A stretch of 64,000 nucleotides of DNA from Thermoanaerobaculia bacterium (GTDB lineage: Bacteria; Acidobacteriota; Thermoanaerobaculia; Gp7-AA8), in contig OY970380.1 of assembly GCA_963719365.1 (NCBI GenBank), positions 1,873,295-1,937,294 on the forward strand, written 5' to 3'. The translations under genes were made by a program, and so were the position numbers. The notes beneath the pieces are model-generated. The model worked only from the letters and a program-made list of their open reading frames with translations. It made no database searches and was not told where the DNA came from. Positions 37,574 through 47,225 of this stretch are shown here, in pieces; position 1 is the first letter of the stretch, and every line of letters begins with the position of its first letter.

Positions 37574-38002
37574 TCACGCGGGCTCCCATGGATTCAACAA
37601 CGTAACGTTTGCCTTCTTGAAGTCGTTTGTGTCGCGAGAAACCACTGTCAGCCGGTGATGAAGAGCAGTCGCGGCGATAAGTAGGTCGGGGTGAGCAAAC
37701 GTGTGACCGATCTTGCGTCCATCTTCAACCATCAGTCTCCATGTCACAAGGATGTCTTCGGTGAGATCGAGAACGCGGTTCTCGAACATCGGACGCGCAG
37801 TCTGAGCTAACCAATTAATGATCTCAATCCGCCGGATTGCATCTTTGGCGACCTCAATACCGAAGCGAATTTCAGCAAAGGTAACGACGCTGACAAACAG
37901 AAGGTCAAGTGGCTGGCTGGAAACGAAGTGCACCACGTTCGCGTCCGGTCTCGGCCGGCGCAACTCGGAAAGCACATTCGTATCAAGAAGCCAACCGCTC
38001 AC
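37574..38002 (-). CDS. vapC: VapC PIN-domain toxin
   Basis: Motifs LLDTNVLSE and [18 protein letters not shown]. Confidence 0.93.
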   Translation of the reverse strand: MSGWLLDTNVLSELRRPRPDANVVHFVSSQPLDLLFVSVVTFAEIRFGIEVAKDAIRRIEIINWLAQTARPMFENRVLDLTEDILVTWRLMVEDGRKIGHTFAHPDLLIAATALHHRLTVVSRDTNDFKKANVTLLNPWEPA

Positions 38003-38295
38003 AACTTCACATCGCGCACAGGCGCGCGCGTTCCCTCGTGTTCGAACTCAAGGTCGCCCAATGGCGAGTCTTGCATCATCTTCACCAGCAGCGCGCCAGT
38101 CGGCCGGCCCTTCATGCGTCGATAATCCTCAACCGAAACCACCACGACCTCTTCATGGCCATGCACTGTGATTTGCTGCGGCCCTTCAGTCTTTGCCTTG
38201 CGGACAACTTCACTGAGGCGAGCTTTCGCATCCTGAAATGCCCAGCGTGACGGGATTTGCTCGCTCTTTGCGGCGGATTCTCGATTTCTAGTCAT
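37999..38295 (-). CDS. Phd/YefM-family antitoxin
   Basis: W..QDAKARLSEVV..A..EGPQ.IT.HG; overlaps the vapC start. Confidence 0.9.
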   Translation of the reverse strand: MTRNRESAAKSEQIPSRWAFQDAKARLSEVVRKAKTEGPQQITVHGHEEVVVVSVEDYRRMKGRPTGALLVKMMQDSPLGDLEFEHEGTRAPVRDVKL

Positions 38296-38311
38296 GCTGA
38301 CTAGTATATCC

Positions 38312-39430
38312 CTACGGCGCCGTAAAAAAGTCCTTCACCTTCCCGAACACGCCCTTGTCCTGCAGAGGCGTTTCGCCTTCGAGCTCGGCGTAGCGCGCGA
38401 GCAGATCGCGCTTCGTTTCGTCGAGCATTGTGGGGATGCGGACGGAGACGTGGACGTAGTGGTCGCCGCGGCCGGGGCCTTGCAGGAATTGCACGCCTTT
38501 GTTGCGCAGGCGGAAGATCTGGCCGGGTTGCGTGCCGGGTGGAACGCGCAGCGGTTCGGTTCCTTCGATCGTTGCGGTTTGCAGGTCGGCGCCGAGGGCG
38601 GCTTGTGTGAAGGAGATCGTTTGTTCGGAGTGGATGTCGTAATCGCGGCGCGTGAACGTGGCGTGCTCGCGGACGGCGAGGAAGACGTAGAGATCGCCGG
38701 ATGGACCGCCGTTGAATCCTGCCTCGCCTTCGCCGGCGACACGTAGACGCGAGCCGTCGTCGACACCGGCCGGAATCTTGACCGAGATCGTCTTCTCTTC
38801 GCGAACGCGGCCGGCGCCGTCGCAGGATGCGCACGGATCTTTGATCACCTTTCCGGCGCCGCCGCATTGCGGGCAGGTGCGGGCGACGGCGAAAAATCCC
38901 TGCGAGTAGCGCACTTGTCCGCGGCCTGCGCATCCGGTGCAGGTGACCGGCTGCGTGCCGGCCTTCGCGCCGCTGCCGTGACAGACGTTGCACGTAGCGA
39001 CGCGGGGAACGTCGATCGTCACATCCTTGCCGAACACGGCTTCCTCGAATTCGAGCGTGAGGTCGTAGCGGAGATCGTTGCCTCGCGCGGCGCGCGTCGT
39101 TCGTTTGCGGCCGGTTCCGAAGAAATCGCCGAAGCCGAAAAGGTCGCCCAGGATGTCGCCGAAATCGGCGAACTGGTTCGGATCGAAACCGCCGCCGCCG
39201 ACGGCCTGATGACCGAAGCGGTCGTAGCGCGCGCGCTTCTCATCATCCGAAAGCACGCCATACGCTTCCGCCGCTTCCTTGAACTTCTCCTCGGCATCGG
39301 CATCGCCCGGATTCTTGTCCGGGTGGTACTTCACGGCGAGGCGGCGGTACGCCTTCTTGATGTCGTCGACGGCGGCCGTGCGGGCGATGCCGAGGACTTC
39401 GTAATAGTCGCGTTTTTCTGTCGTAGCCAT
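38312..39430 (-). CDS. dnaJ: Chaperone DnaJ
   Basis: J-domain HPD motif, G/F region and four CxxCxGxG repeats. Confidence 0.97.
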   Translation of the reverse strand: MATTEKRDYYEVLGIARTAAVDDIKKAYRRLAVKYHPDKNPGDADAEEKFKEAAEAYGVLSDDEKRARYDRFGHQAVGGGGFDPNQFADFGDILGDLFGFGDFFGTGRKRTTRAARGNDLRYDLTLEFEEAVFGKDVTIDVPRVATCNVCHGSGAKAGTQPVTCTGCAGRGQVRYSQGFFAVARTCPQCGGAGKVIKDPCASCDGAGRVREEKTISVKIPAGVDDGSRLRVAGEGEAGFNGGPSGDLYVFLAVREHATFTRRDYDIHSEQTISFTQAALGADLQTATIEGTEPLRVPPGTQPGQIFRLRNKGVQFLQGPGRGDHYVHVSVRIPTMLDETKRDLLARYAELEGETPLQDKGVFGKVKDFFTAP

Positions 39431-39433
39431 CGT

Positions 39434-41275
39434 TTACTGGTTGGTCGGTTCGCTCGGACTGTTCATCTTCATCGGGTTGTAGAGCATCACGCTTGTAAGA
39501 ATGCGTGAGGCGCTCTGCAACTCGAAGATGGCGTCGTTGAGACGCTGTTTTTCTTCCGAGGTCACCTGCTCTTTCGATTTGGTGATGATCTTCTGGACCC
39601 TGTCGCGGTCTTCGTCGCTGAGCATTTTGCCAAACTCGCGGAAGACCTTTTCGTTCGTGTACAGCATGCCTTCGAGCTTGTTCTGCAGCATGCGAATTTC
39701 ACGGCGTGAGGCATCGCCGCGAGAGTGCTCGGCTGCTTCGCTGACGAGCCGGTCGATCTCGTCCTGCGACAGTCCGCCGGCCGGATTGATCTTCACGCCG
39801 GTCGACTGGCCGGTGGCCTGATCGCTGGCCGTGACGTTGACGATGCCGTTGGAGTCAATGGAGAAGGTGACTTCGATCTGCGGCACGCCACGCGGTGCCG
39901 CCGGAATGCCGACGAGGTCGAACTTGCCGAGCGATTTGTTGTCGCGCGCGAACTCGCGCTCGCCCTGGAGGACGTGCACGGTGACTTTGTTCTGATGATC
40001 GACGACGGTGGTGAAGATCAGCGAGTTCTTGGTCGGGATCGTGGAGTTGCGCTCGATGACTTTGGTGAAGACACCGCCGTGCGTTTCGACGCCGAGGGAC
40101 AGCGGCGTGACGTCGAGCAGGATCATGTCTTTGATGTCGCCGCGCAGAATGCCTGCTTGCACGGCGGCGCCGACGGCGACGACTTCATCGGGATTGATGT
40201 TGCGGTTGGGCTCTTTGCCGAATGCTTTCTGCACGGCCTCGACGACACGCGGCATGCGCGTCTGACCGCCGACGAGAACCACTTCATCGATATCCGCAGG
40301 GGTGAGGCCAGCTTGTTTGAGCGCGTCGTTGACGGGATCGATCGTTCGCTGGATCAGGTCCTCGACCATCTTCTCGAACTCGCTTCGGGTGAGAACGTTG
40401 TTCAAATGCTTCGGCCCGGAAGCGTCGGCGGAGATGAACGGGAGCGTGATGCGCGATTCGGGGGCGACGGAAAGCTCGTGCTTGGCGCGCTCGGCTGCCT
40501 CCTTCAAACGCTGCAAGGCCATGCGATCGTCGGCGAGACTGATGCCGGTCTCCTTCTGGAAACCTTCGATGAGCCAGTCGATGATGCGCTTGTCGAAATC
40601 TTCGCCGCCGAGGTAGGTGTCGCCGGACGTGGAGAGGACTTCGAAAAGACCATCTTCGAGCTTGAGAATCGAGATGTCGAATGTGCCGCCGCCGAGGTCG
40701 TAGACCGCGATGCGCTGGTTCGTTTTGTTTTCGAGGCCGTACGCGAGCGCGGCGGCTGTCGGCTCGTTGATGATGCGGAGCACATCGAGACCGGCGATTT
40801 TGCCGGCATCGCGCGTGGCCTGTCGCTGGCTGTCGTTGAAGTACGCCGGCACGGTGATGATGGCCTCCGTGACCGGCTCGCCGAGAAAGTCTTCGGCGAA
40901 CGATTTGATCTCCATGAGGACGAATGCGGAGATCTCTTCCGGCGAGTATTCGCGGTCACGGATCTTCACTTTCATGTCGCCGTTGTCGGCGGGAACGATT
41001 TGATACGGGAGAACCTGTTTGGCGCGGCTGACTTCATCAGTGTCGTACTTGCGGCCGATGAGGCGCTTGATCGCGAAGACCGTGTTGAATGGATTCGTGA
41101 TGGCCTGCCGTTTGGCGATCTGTCCGACCAGACGTTCGCTGTCTTCGGTGAATCCGACGACCGAAGGAGTGGTGCGGCTGCCTTCCCGGTTCGCCATCAC
41201 CTGAGGGGTGGTGACGTCGACGACGGCGACACAGGAGTTCGTCGTCCCGAGATCGATTCCGATGATCTTCGACAT
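39434..41275 (-). CDS. dnaK: Chaperone DnaK
   Basis: Motifs [25 protein letters not shown] and GVPQIEVTF. Confidence 0.97.
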   Translation of the reverse strand: MSKIIGIDLGTTNSCVAVVDVTTPQVMANREGSRTTPSVVGFTEDSERLVGQIAKRQAITNPFNTVFAIKRLIGRKYDTDEVSRAKQVLPYQIVPADNGDMKVKIRDREYSPEEISAFVLMEIKSFAEDFLGEPVTEAIITVPAYFNDSQRQATRDAGKIAGLDVLRIINEPTAAALAYGLENKTNQRIAVYDLGGGTFDISILKLEDGLFEVLSTSGDTYLGGEDFDKRIIDWLIEGFQKETGISLADDRMALQRLKEAAERAKHELSVAPESRITLPFISADASGPKHLNNVLTRSEFEKMVEDLIQRTIDPVNDALKQAGLTPADIDEVVLVGGQTRMPRVVEAVQKAFGKEPNRNINPDEVVAVGAAVQAGILRGDIKDMILLDVTPLSLGVETHGGVFTKVIERNSTIPTKNSLIFTTVVDHQNKVTVHVLQGEREFARDNKSLGKFDLVGIPAAPRGVPQIEVTFSIDSNGIVNVTASDQATGQSTGVKINPAGGLSQDEIDRLVSEAAEHSRGDASRREIRMLQNKLEGMLYTNEKVFREFGKMLSDEDRDRVQKIITKSKEQVTSEEKQRLNDAIFELQSASRILTSVMLYNPMKMNSPSEPTNQ

Positions 41276-41278
41276 GAA

Positions 41279-41860
41279 TTACGTGCCTGCCGGCGCCGTC
41301 TCCTCGGGACCGCCAACCGCGACTTTGACCATTGCCGGGCGAATCAAACGGTCGTGAAGAAAATAGCCCTTCTGCATGACTTCAACGACGGTGTGCGAAG
41401 GGACGGACGGATCCTCGACGCGGACCACGCCTTCATGAATGTTCGGATCGAAGCGGACGCCGGACTCGCTGATCGGTTTCAGGCCGTGACGCTGCAGGAC
41501 GTCGAAGAGCTGTTTGTAGATCAGGGCCATCCCTTTGTGGAACTCGTCGCCTTCTTCTGCATGCTCGAGACCGCGGTCGAAGTTGTCGAGCACCGGGAGG
41601 AGATCGCGGACCATTCCGGCCAGGGCGTAACGCTGGAAGTCGTTCTTCTCGCGCTCGGAGCGCTTACGAAAGTTCTCGAAGTCGGCGAGCGAGCGGAGGT
41701 ATCGGTCGCGGAAGTCGTCGCCAGCAGGCGCCGCTACCGGCACGGACGCTTCCTGCGCGGCCACTTCCATTTCGTGCTCGATGTCTTCGACCGTGTCGCC
41801 TGTGTCTTCGATGACGTAGCGGTCGTCGTCTTCGTCATTCGGTGTGTTGTTGTCGTTCAC
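41279..41860 (-). CDS. grpE: Nucleotide exchange factor GrpE
   Basis: Motifs ADFENFRKR, LLPVLDNF, FDPNIHE and GY.LHDRLIRPAMVKV; GTGA overlap with the hrcA stop. Confidence 0.95.
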   Translation of the reverse strand: MNDNNTPNDEDDDRYVIEDTGDTVEDIEHEMEVAAQEASVPVAAPAGDDFRDRYLRSLADFENFRKRSEREKNDFQRYALAGMVRDLLPVLDNFDRGLEHAEEGDEFHKGMALIYKQLFDVLQRHGLKPISESGVRFDPNIHEGVVRVEDPSVPSHTVVEVMQKGYFLHDRLIRPAMVKVAVGGPEETAPAGT

Positions 41861-42930
41861 TGCTGTTGCTCCTGTTCTTCTTCGATCTTGCGGCTGAGCG
41901 CGAGGCCGAGGTAATCGACCAGCGGCGCCATGCGAGCGTACTCCATGCGCATCGGTCCGATGATACCGACCATGCCGAGCGGAGCCGCTTGCGTTCCGTA
42001 GCGCCGCGCCACGAGGCTGAAGTTGTAGACCTGCGTGAAATTGCTTTCCGATCCGATCAGGATCTGCAGACCTTCCTCGGAAAGGCAGGAGTTCAAGATC
42101 TCCACCAGCTTTTCTTTTTCCTGCAGGGCGAGGAAGGTCTTGCGCATGGAGACGGCGTCGGCGAACTCCGGTTTGGTGAGGATCGACGCGGTTCCTTCGA
42201 CGTAGAGCTCGTGTTCGAGCGGCGCGACGTCGTTGACGGCTTCGATGCCGAGGGTGATGGTCTTCTGCAACATTCCGTCGTGCATGGCCCGCTCTTCTTC
42301 GGTCATCCGAATCAAGCGCCGGCGAATGCTGTCGAGCCGCATCCCGCTGAACTCGCCGGTGATGTAGCGCGAGATTTTCTGCAGCTCGTCGCGCGTGAAC
42401 GGCAGCCGCGTCTCGATGATCTTGTTGACGACCACGCCGTTCTGTCCGACGAGGATGCACATGATCTTGTTGTCAGCGACGCTGACGAAGTCCATGCTGC
42501 GGACCGTGAATTGCAGCAAGGTGGGCATGAAGATGACGCCAACCTGGTCGCTAAGCCGGGAGAGAACGCGGGAGGCAAGATGAAGGACTTCGTCGATCTC
42601 GTTGGCGTGACTGACCTGATCGTCGATCGTCTCCCGCTCGCGCTGCGTGAGCGTGCGCGACCGCATGAGGTGATCGATGAAGAAGCGGTAGCCAAGATCG
42701 GTCGGCACGCGGCCAGCCGAAGTGTGAGGATGCTGCAGGTAGCCGAGGTCCTCGAGGTCCGCCATCACATTGCGCAGGCTGGCCGGCGAAAGTTGAAACC
42801 GGCCGCACTTCGCCAGCGTGCGCGAGCTGATCGCTTCACCGGTGGCGACGTGTTGCATGATGATCTCGCGCAGCACTTCGCGAGCGCGCGTGTCGAGATC
42901 ATCACCACTTCGATCGATATATTGAGGCAT
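41857..42930 (-). CDS. hrcA: Heat-inducible transcription repressor HrcA
   Basis: Motifs SPASLRNVMADLE, PHTSAGRVPT and GIIGPMRMEY. Confidence 0.96.
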   Translation of the reverse strand: MPQYIDRSGDDLDTRAREVLREIIMQHVATGEAISSRTLAKCGRFQLSPASLRNVMADLEDLGYLQHPHTSAGRVPTDLGYRFFIDHLMRSRTLTQRERETIDDQVSHANEIDEVLHLASRVLSRLSDQVGVIFMPTLLQFTVRSMDFVSVADNKIMCILVGQNGVVVNKIIETRLPFTRDELQKISRYITGEFSGMRLDSIRRRLIRMTEEERAMHDGMLQKTITLGIEAVNDVAPLEHELYVEGTASILTKPEFADAVSMRKTFLALQEKEKLVEILNSCLSEEGLQILIGSESNFTQVYNFSLVARRYGTQAAPLGMVGIIGPMRMEYARMAPLVDYLGLALSRKIEEEQEQQQ

Positions 42931-42970
42931 GGGCTTACTGGCGAGTTTGGCAGCGAATGGCCGGGCTTGT

Positions 42971-42997
42971 CTGGCAGTCTCGCCGAATGACTGCCAA
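42971..42997 (-). promoter_or_regulatory. CIRCE-like HrcA operator (variant)
   Basis: TTGGCAGTC-N9-GACTGCCAG vs consensus TTAGCACTC-N9-GAGTGCTAA, directly upstream of hrcA. Confidence 0.85.
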
Positions 42998-43007
42998 CAA
43001 AGACGAG

Positions 43008-43036
43008 AATGTAGGAATTGCGCCGGATGGTGTCAA
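43008..43036 (-). promoter_or_regulatory. Sigma-70 promoter of the hrcA-grpE-dnaK-dnaJ operon
   Basis: TTGACA-N17-TACATT just upstream of CIRCE. Confidence 0.8.
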
Positions 43037-43150
43037 GATTCGAGGGGCGATATCACGGTAACGGCGAGGATCTACCGACCATGCAAGTACGAAATGTGAG
43101 AATCGGTGCGCGGCATGGCGATTCTGGTTCTTCGCATGGATTCGGGAAAA

Positions 43151-43251
43151 CTGAATGTTCAATGTTGGATGTTGAATGTTGGATGTTGAATGGACCGGGG
43201 CCGGGCGCGCACATTCAACAGTCAACACTCAACATTCAACATTCAACATTC
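43151..43251. repeat. Family C inverted heptamer hairpin
   Basis: gaatgttcaatgttggatgttgaatgttggatgttgaatg...cattcaacagtcaacactcaacattcaacattcaacattc. Confidence 0.88.
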
Positions 43252-43317
43252 TCACAAGTTGTGGCGCGGAACGGCTGCGTAAAACCCGCAACCAGCGCGG
43301 GCGCCTTCAGGCTCAGA

Positions 43318-43986
43318 ATGACACGTAACTCTCTGCTGCGGGCCGCTTCGCTCGCGTTGGTAGCCGTCTCTGTCATCGCCTTCATTCTTCCCCCGCCCGC
43401 GCGCGCCGCGACGCTCGACCGCATCGCCGCCGTCATCGATCAACAGGTGCTGACCGTCAGCGAAGTCGACCAGATGGCCGAGGTTCGTTTCATTCCGCGC
43501 ATCGCCGGACGAAGTGACGACGATTACCACCACGACATCCTCGAGGCGCTGATCGCACAGGCGCTGCGCTATCGCGACGTGGAGAGATTCGGCGCGCAAG
43601 ACATTCCGAAGGATTCGATCGAAGCGCGCCTGGTGGAGATCCAGAACCGTTTCGTGGCGCCGGCATCGCTCGATGCGGCGCTCGTCCGCGCGGAATTGAC
43701 GCAGGACGATTTGCGCGCGCTGATCAAGCGTCAGTTGCAGGTCGAAGCGTACATCCAGGAACGTTTCGCGCCCCTGATCTTCGTCGCCAACGACGACATC
43801 GCTGCGTACTACAACGGTCCGTGGCGTCAGCAACGCGTCGCGCGCCGACTGCCGGTTCCGCCGCTGAACGACGTCCGCGAAGAAATCCGCACGCTGATCC
43901 GGTCACGGCAGCTCGAAGAACAAATCGAGACGTGGACGACGCAGTTGCGGGCGCGGGCAAATGTGGATGTGTATGCGTGGAAGTGA
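43318..43986 (+). CDS. SurA N-terminal-domain-like periplasmic chaperone
   Basis: Signal peptide; DRIAAVID...T.SE; C-terminal W...LRARANV. Confidence 0.78.
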   Translation: MTRNSLLRAASLALVAVSVIAFILPPPARAATLDRIAAVIDQQVLTVSEVDQMAEVRFIPRIAGRSDDDYHHDILEALIAQALRYRDVERFGAQDIPKDSIEARLVEIQNRFVAPASLDAALVRAELTQDDLRALIKRQLQVEAYIQERFAPLIFVANDDIAAYYNGPWRQQRVARRLPVPPLNDVREEIRTLIRSRQLEEQIETWTTQLRARANVDVYAWK

Positions 43987-44480
43987 TGTATTGCGCTCGC
44001 CGGTGGCGAGCGCGTTGCCGGTTGTCGGTTGATTGCGCTTCGCGCGTTGTCTGTTGGTTTGTTGGCCTTACTCCATGAGGGATGACGACGCGCGAAGCGC
44101 AACTAACCGACAACCGACAACGCGCGAAGCGCAACCTCGTGGGGCCGCGTCAGCGGCAAAAGAAGGTAGCCAGCGGTGCGAGCGCAGCGAGCAACCCCTG
44201 GCACCGGAGGCCCACGAGACATCGTGTCGCGTCAGCGGCACTGGCACGCTCGACGGACGAATCCATTGCCGCTGACGCGGCAAACACCCTTCGCACGATC
44301 TTCGTTTCCAGGGGTTGCTCGCTGCGCTCGCACCCCTGGCTATCGTCAATCGCCGCGACGCGGCGAAGCCGCACCAACCGACAACTGAGAATGCGCGAAG
44401 CCGCGACCAACCGACAACCGAACGCGCGAAGCCGCAACTAACCGACAACGCGCGAAGTGCAACTAACCGATAACGCGCGG
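43987..44480. repeat. Nested repeat cluster: family E (CAACCGA + GCGAAGC) arms around an inverted GTAG-type REP doublet (about 44145-44364)
   Basis: gtagccagcggtgcgagcgcagcgagcaacccctgg (44166) and ccaggggttgctcgctgcgctcgcacccctggcta (44308), plus gccgcgtcagcggc palindromes. Confidence 0.85.
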
Positions 44481-44498
44481 CCCGCCAGGGCCGCGCAA

Positions 44499-46106
44499 TT
44501 AAGGTACTGGGTTCGCGTTCTGCGTGTAGAAGACGGTGGACCCGATCTCCGTCCGATGACCAAGGCTGTCGACGACGCTGACCGTCACGGTGTGCTTCGA
44601 GTTGGCGAGCTTCGTCGTGTCGATGGTGAAGCGCCATCCCGAGTTCTGACTATTGAACAGATAGGGATACTGCTCCGCAACATCGGGCCGCGGGAATCCG
44701 AGTTGCGCCTGTCCCTTGAAGTCTCCGTCGACGCGTATCTCAACCGAATTGGGAAGGCCGCTTTCGAGCAGCGCCCAGCCCTGGAACGTTACCGTCCCTT
44801 TCATGAAATCGTTCGTCTGCGGGACGTCGATGAACCCGTTTGCGGAAGCGATCGTGTTCAGTGCGCACTGGAAGATGACGGGGATGCCGTCGCGATTCGG
44901 CAGCTCGGCGAACGTTCCCGACTGATCGCCGACCCGAACCTTGAGGACGTGGCTCCCGGGCTCGACGCCGAGAGCCAGCAGAGCGCCGACGTCCATGGTG
45001 AAGAGGAAGCCGGAATGCGGCGCGTCGGGATAGTTGGGATAGTAGCGCTCCACATCGAAGCGCGTAAGGCCGTAGCAATTGACGTACGCGTTGAAGATCG
45101 GGCTGAAGCCGCAGTCGCCGGTTTTGTACCAGATCCGGCCGTCGACCATTAGCTCGACGTACGCGACGCGGCCCGTATCCGTCCGCGTGCCAAGATCAAG
45201 AGCCCATCCGCGAACGGGCGTGATGTGCGATGCAGGGTTGATGACTGGCGAAACAAGGGGTGGCGTAGTGCATTGCGTCCCGTAAAGAACGGCATTCGGC
45301 TTCGGCTCGTCGACGTAGCCGAACGGTTTCAGATTGGCGTTCTCATTGAAGATCTGCACGGTGCGTCGTCCGATGAGCCGCGAGAGTCCGAGGCGATCGG
45401 TCGCACGTACGTCGAGCGTGTGTACCCCATCGATCATTCGCGTCGTATCGACGTTCGCGATGAACGAGCTGTTGAGCGCATCGGGCCAGTCGGCGATCGT
45501 GTTGGCAACATCCGGCCGGGCGTCGCCGTACATCGCGTTCTGCACGACCCCGTTGTCGATGAGCACTTCGACCTTGGCCACGCCGTCGGTGTCGAGCGCC
45601 CAGCCGGAAACCGGGAAGGAGCCGGATGCGTTGTACGTGGCTGCGAGATCGGGAATGTCGACATTGCCGAACGGCGACTGATTGATCGTGTTGTCGACGT
45701 TGATCGTCCGGCGTCCGAGCTCGGTGACCGTGTTGTCGCTGGCGAACACGCGCACGGCGATCGTGTGAGCTCCGTTCGTGAACCGGCTGGCCAGCATCCC
45801 GATCTGGAAGCCGGGCGCGATGTGCTGGATGCCGGGATAGTTCGGGTAGGCCTGCTCCACATCGATGCGGGGCAGGTTCGTGTTGGAGTTGACGACGAAC
45901 TGATCGTCGACGTAGACCGCAACCCGCGAGATCGACGCAGGGTCGAGGAACCACCCTTTGACGAGGATCACGCCGCTTTGCGTCACGGACGAGTCAGGAT
46001 ATTCGAGCGCGCCATGCGTCTCGACCGTTTGCGCGGTCAGCACAGGCACGACAACGAACGACATCAGAATGGCGAGAACCAGGCCGCGGGTAACCCTTCT
46101 CCACAT
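44499..46106 (-). CDS. Secreted protein with four tandem Ig-like domains
   Basis: Signal peptide; four repeats of G..D.P...GW..D...V...VD...R.DV...P...GF...G.H. Confidence 0.8.
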   Translation of the reverse strand: MWRRVTRGLVLAILMSFVVVPVLTAQTVETHGALEYPDSSVTQSGVILVKGWFLDPASISRVAVYVDDQFVVNSNTNLPRIDVEQAYPNYPGIQHIAPGFQIGMLASRFTNGAHTIAVRVFASDNTVTELGRRTINVDNTINQSPFGNVDIPDLAATYNASGSFPVSGWALDTDGVAKVEVLIDNGVVQNAMYGDARPDVANTIADWPDALNSSFIANVDTTRMIDGVHTLDVRATDRLGLSRLIGRRTVQIFNENANLKPFGYVDEPKPNAVLYGTQCTTPPLVSPVINPASHITPVRGWALDLGTRTDTGRVAYVELMVDGRIWYKTGDCGFSPIFNAYVNCYGLTRFDVERYYPNYPDAPHSGFLFTMDVGALLALGVEPGSHVLKVRVGDQSGTFAELPNRDGIPVIFQCALNTIASANGFIDVPQTNDFMKGTVTFQGWALLESGLPNSVEIRVDGDFKGQAQLGFPRPDVAEQYPYLFNSQNSGWRFTIDTTKLANSKHTVTVSVVDSLGHRTEIGSTVFYTQNANPVP

Positions 46107-46227
46107 AACCCCAACCTCCCCGAAAATAACCTTTGCCCGATACTGCTTTGCCTGGCGTAAACGCGCCGGTTCGTTGATGAATCGGCGCTCAATCCATGGC
46201 CAGTTTGCCGGAGTTTATACTGCCCGG

Positions 46228-47190
46228 GTGAATTCTTCAAATATCGATGCGTCCGCTGTCACGATCGAGGATGTCCGGGAAGCCGCTCTCCGCATCCAGC
46301 CGTACGTCCACCGCACTCCCCTTTTGAGCAGCCGGTCGCTCTCCGAATCCATCGGCGTGGAGGTTCGTCTGAAGTGCGAAAACCTCCAGCGCGCCGGCTC
46401 GTTCAAGATCCGCGGAGCGATGAACGCGCTCTTGCAGGTACCTGAGAACCAACGCGCCAACGGCGTTGTCGCCTTCTCCTCCGGCAATCACGCGCAGGGC
46501 GTCGCCCTCGCCGCCCGCCTCCTCGGCATGAAAGCCACCATCGTGATGCCGGAGGGATCCAACCCGTCGAAGGTTGCGGCGACCGAGGCGTATGGCGCGA
46601 CGGTGGTCACTTCAGGCGTCACATCAGCGACGCGCGACACGGTCGCCCGCGACATCGCCAGCAAGAGCGGCGCGGCGGTCATCCCTCCGTTTGATGACTG
46701 GCGCATCATCGCCGGAGCCGGCACGGTCGGATTGGAGATCGTCGAGGAATGGCCCGACGTCGAGACGATCGTCACGCCGCTCGGCGGCGGCGGTTTGCTC
46801 TCCGGTGTGTCGATCGCTGCCACGTCGGCGCGGCCGGACATCGCGGTCTACGGCGTCGAGCCGCGCGCCGGCAACGACGGCGAGCAGTCGTTCAAGTCCG
46901 GCCGCATCGTCACCATTGATCCGCCGAAAACGATTGCCGACGGTGCCCGAACCCTGGCCATCGGCGAGCGCAACTTTGCCGTGATCCGCGAACGCGTTCG
47001 CGACGTCGTCAGCGTCGAAGATGACGTCCTCCTCGATGCCGTGAAGTTCGCGATGTACCGCACGAAACTCGTCATCGAGCCAACCGGCGCGCTGGGAATC
47101 GCCGCGTTGATGTCGGGCGCGATCAAACCGAAAGGAAAGACGGCGATCGTGGTTTCCGGGGGCAACCTCGATTTTCGACTCCTTTGCTGA
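46228..47190 (+). CDS. PLP-dependent threonine/serine dehydratase family protein
   Basis: Motifs KCENLQRAGSFKIRGA, SSGNHAQG, GGGGL, EPTGA and SGGN; GTG at 46228 after TATACT. Confidence 0.92.
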   Translation: MNSSNIDASAVTIEDVREAALRIQPYVHRTPLLSSRSLSESIGVEVRLKCENLQRAGSFKIRGAMNALLQVPENQRANGVVAFSSGNHAQGVALAARLLGMKATIVMPEGSNPSKVAATEAYGATVVTSGVTSATRDTVARDIASKSGAAVIPPFDDWRIIAGAGTVGLEIVEEWPDVETIVTPLGGGGLLSGVSIAATSARPDIAVYGVEPRAGNDGEQSFKSGRIVTIDPPKTIADGARTLAIGERNFAVIRERVRDVVSVEDDVLLDAVKFAMYRTKLVIEPTGALGIAALMSGAIKPKGKTAIVVSGGNLDFRLLC

Positions 47191-47225
47191 TCAATGTTCG
47201 ATTCAACACCGAATGTTTAATGTTC

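Noticed and set aside
39725-41914. 729-aa ORF antisense to dnaK/grpE
   Set aside because: This is the well-known dnaK antisense shadow frame (often mis-annotated as NAD-specific glutamate dehydrogenase), produced by codon bias in high-GC genes.
44033-44637. Several 70-190 aa ORFs in the surA-like/Ig-protein spacer
   Set aside because: They are translations of the repeat cluster, not protein-like sequence.
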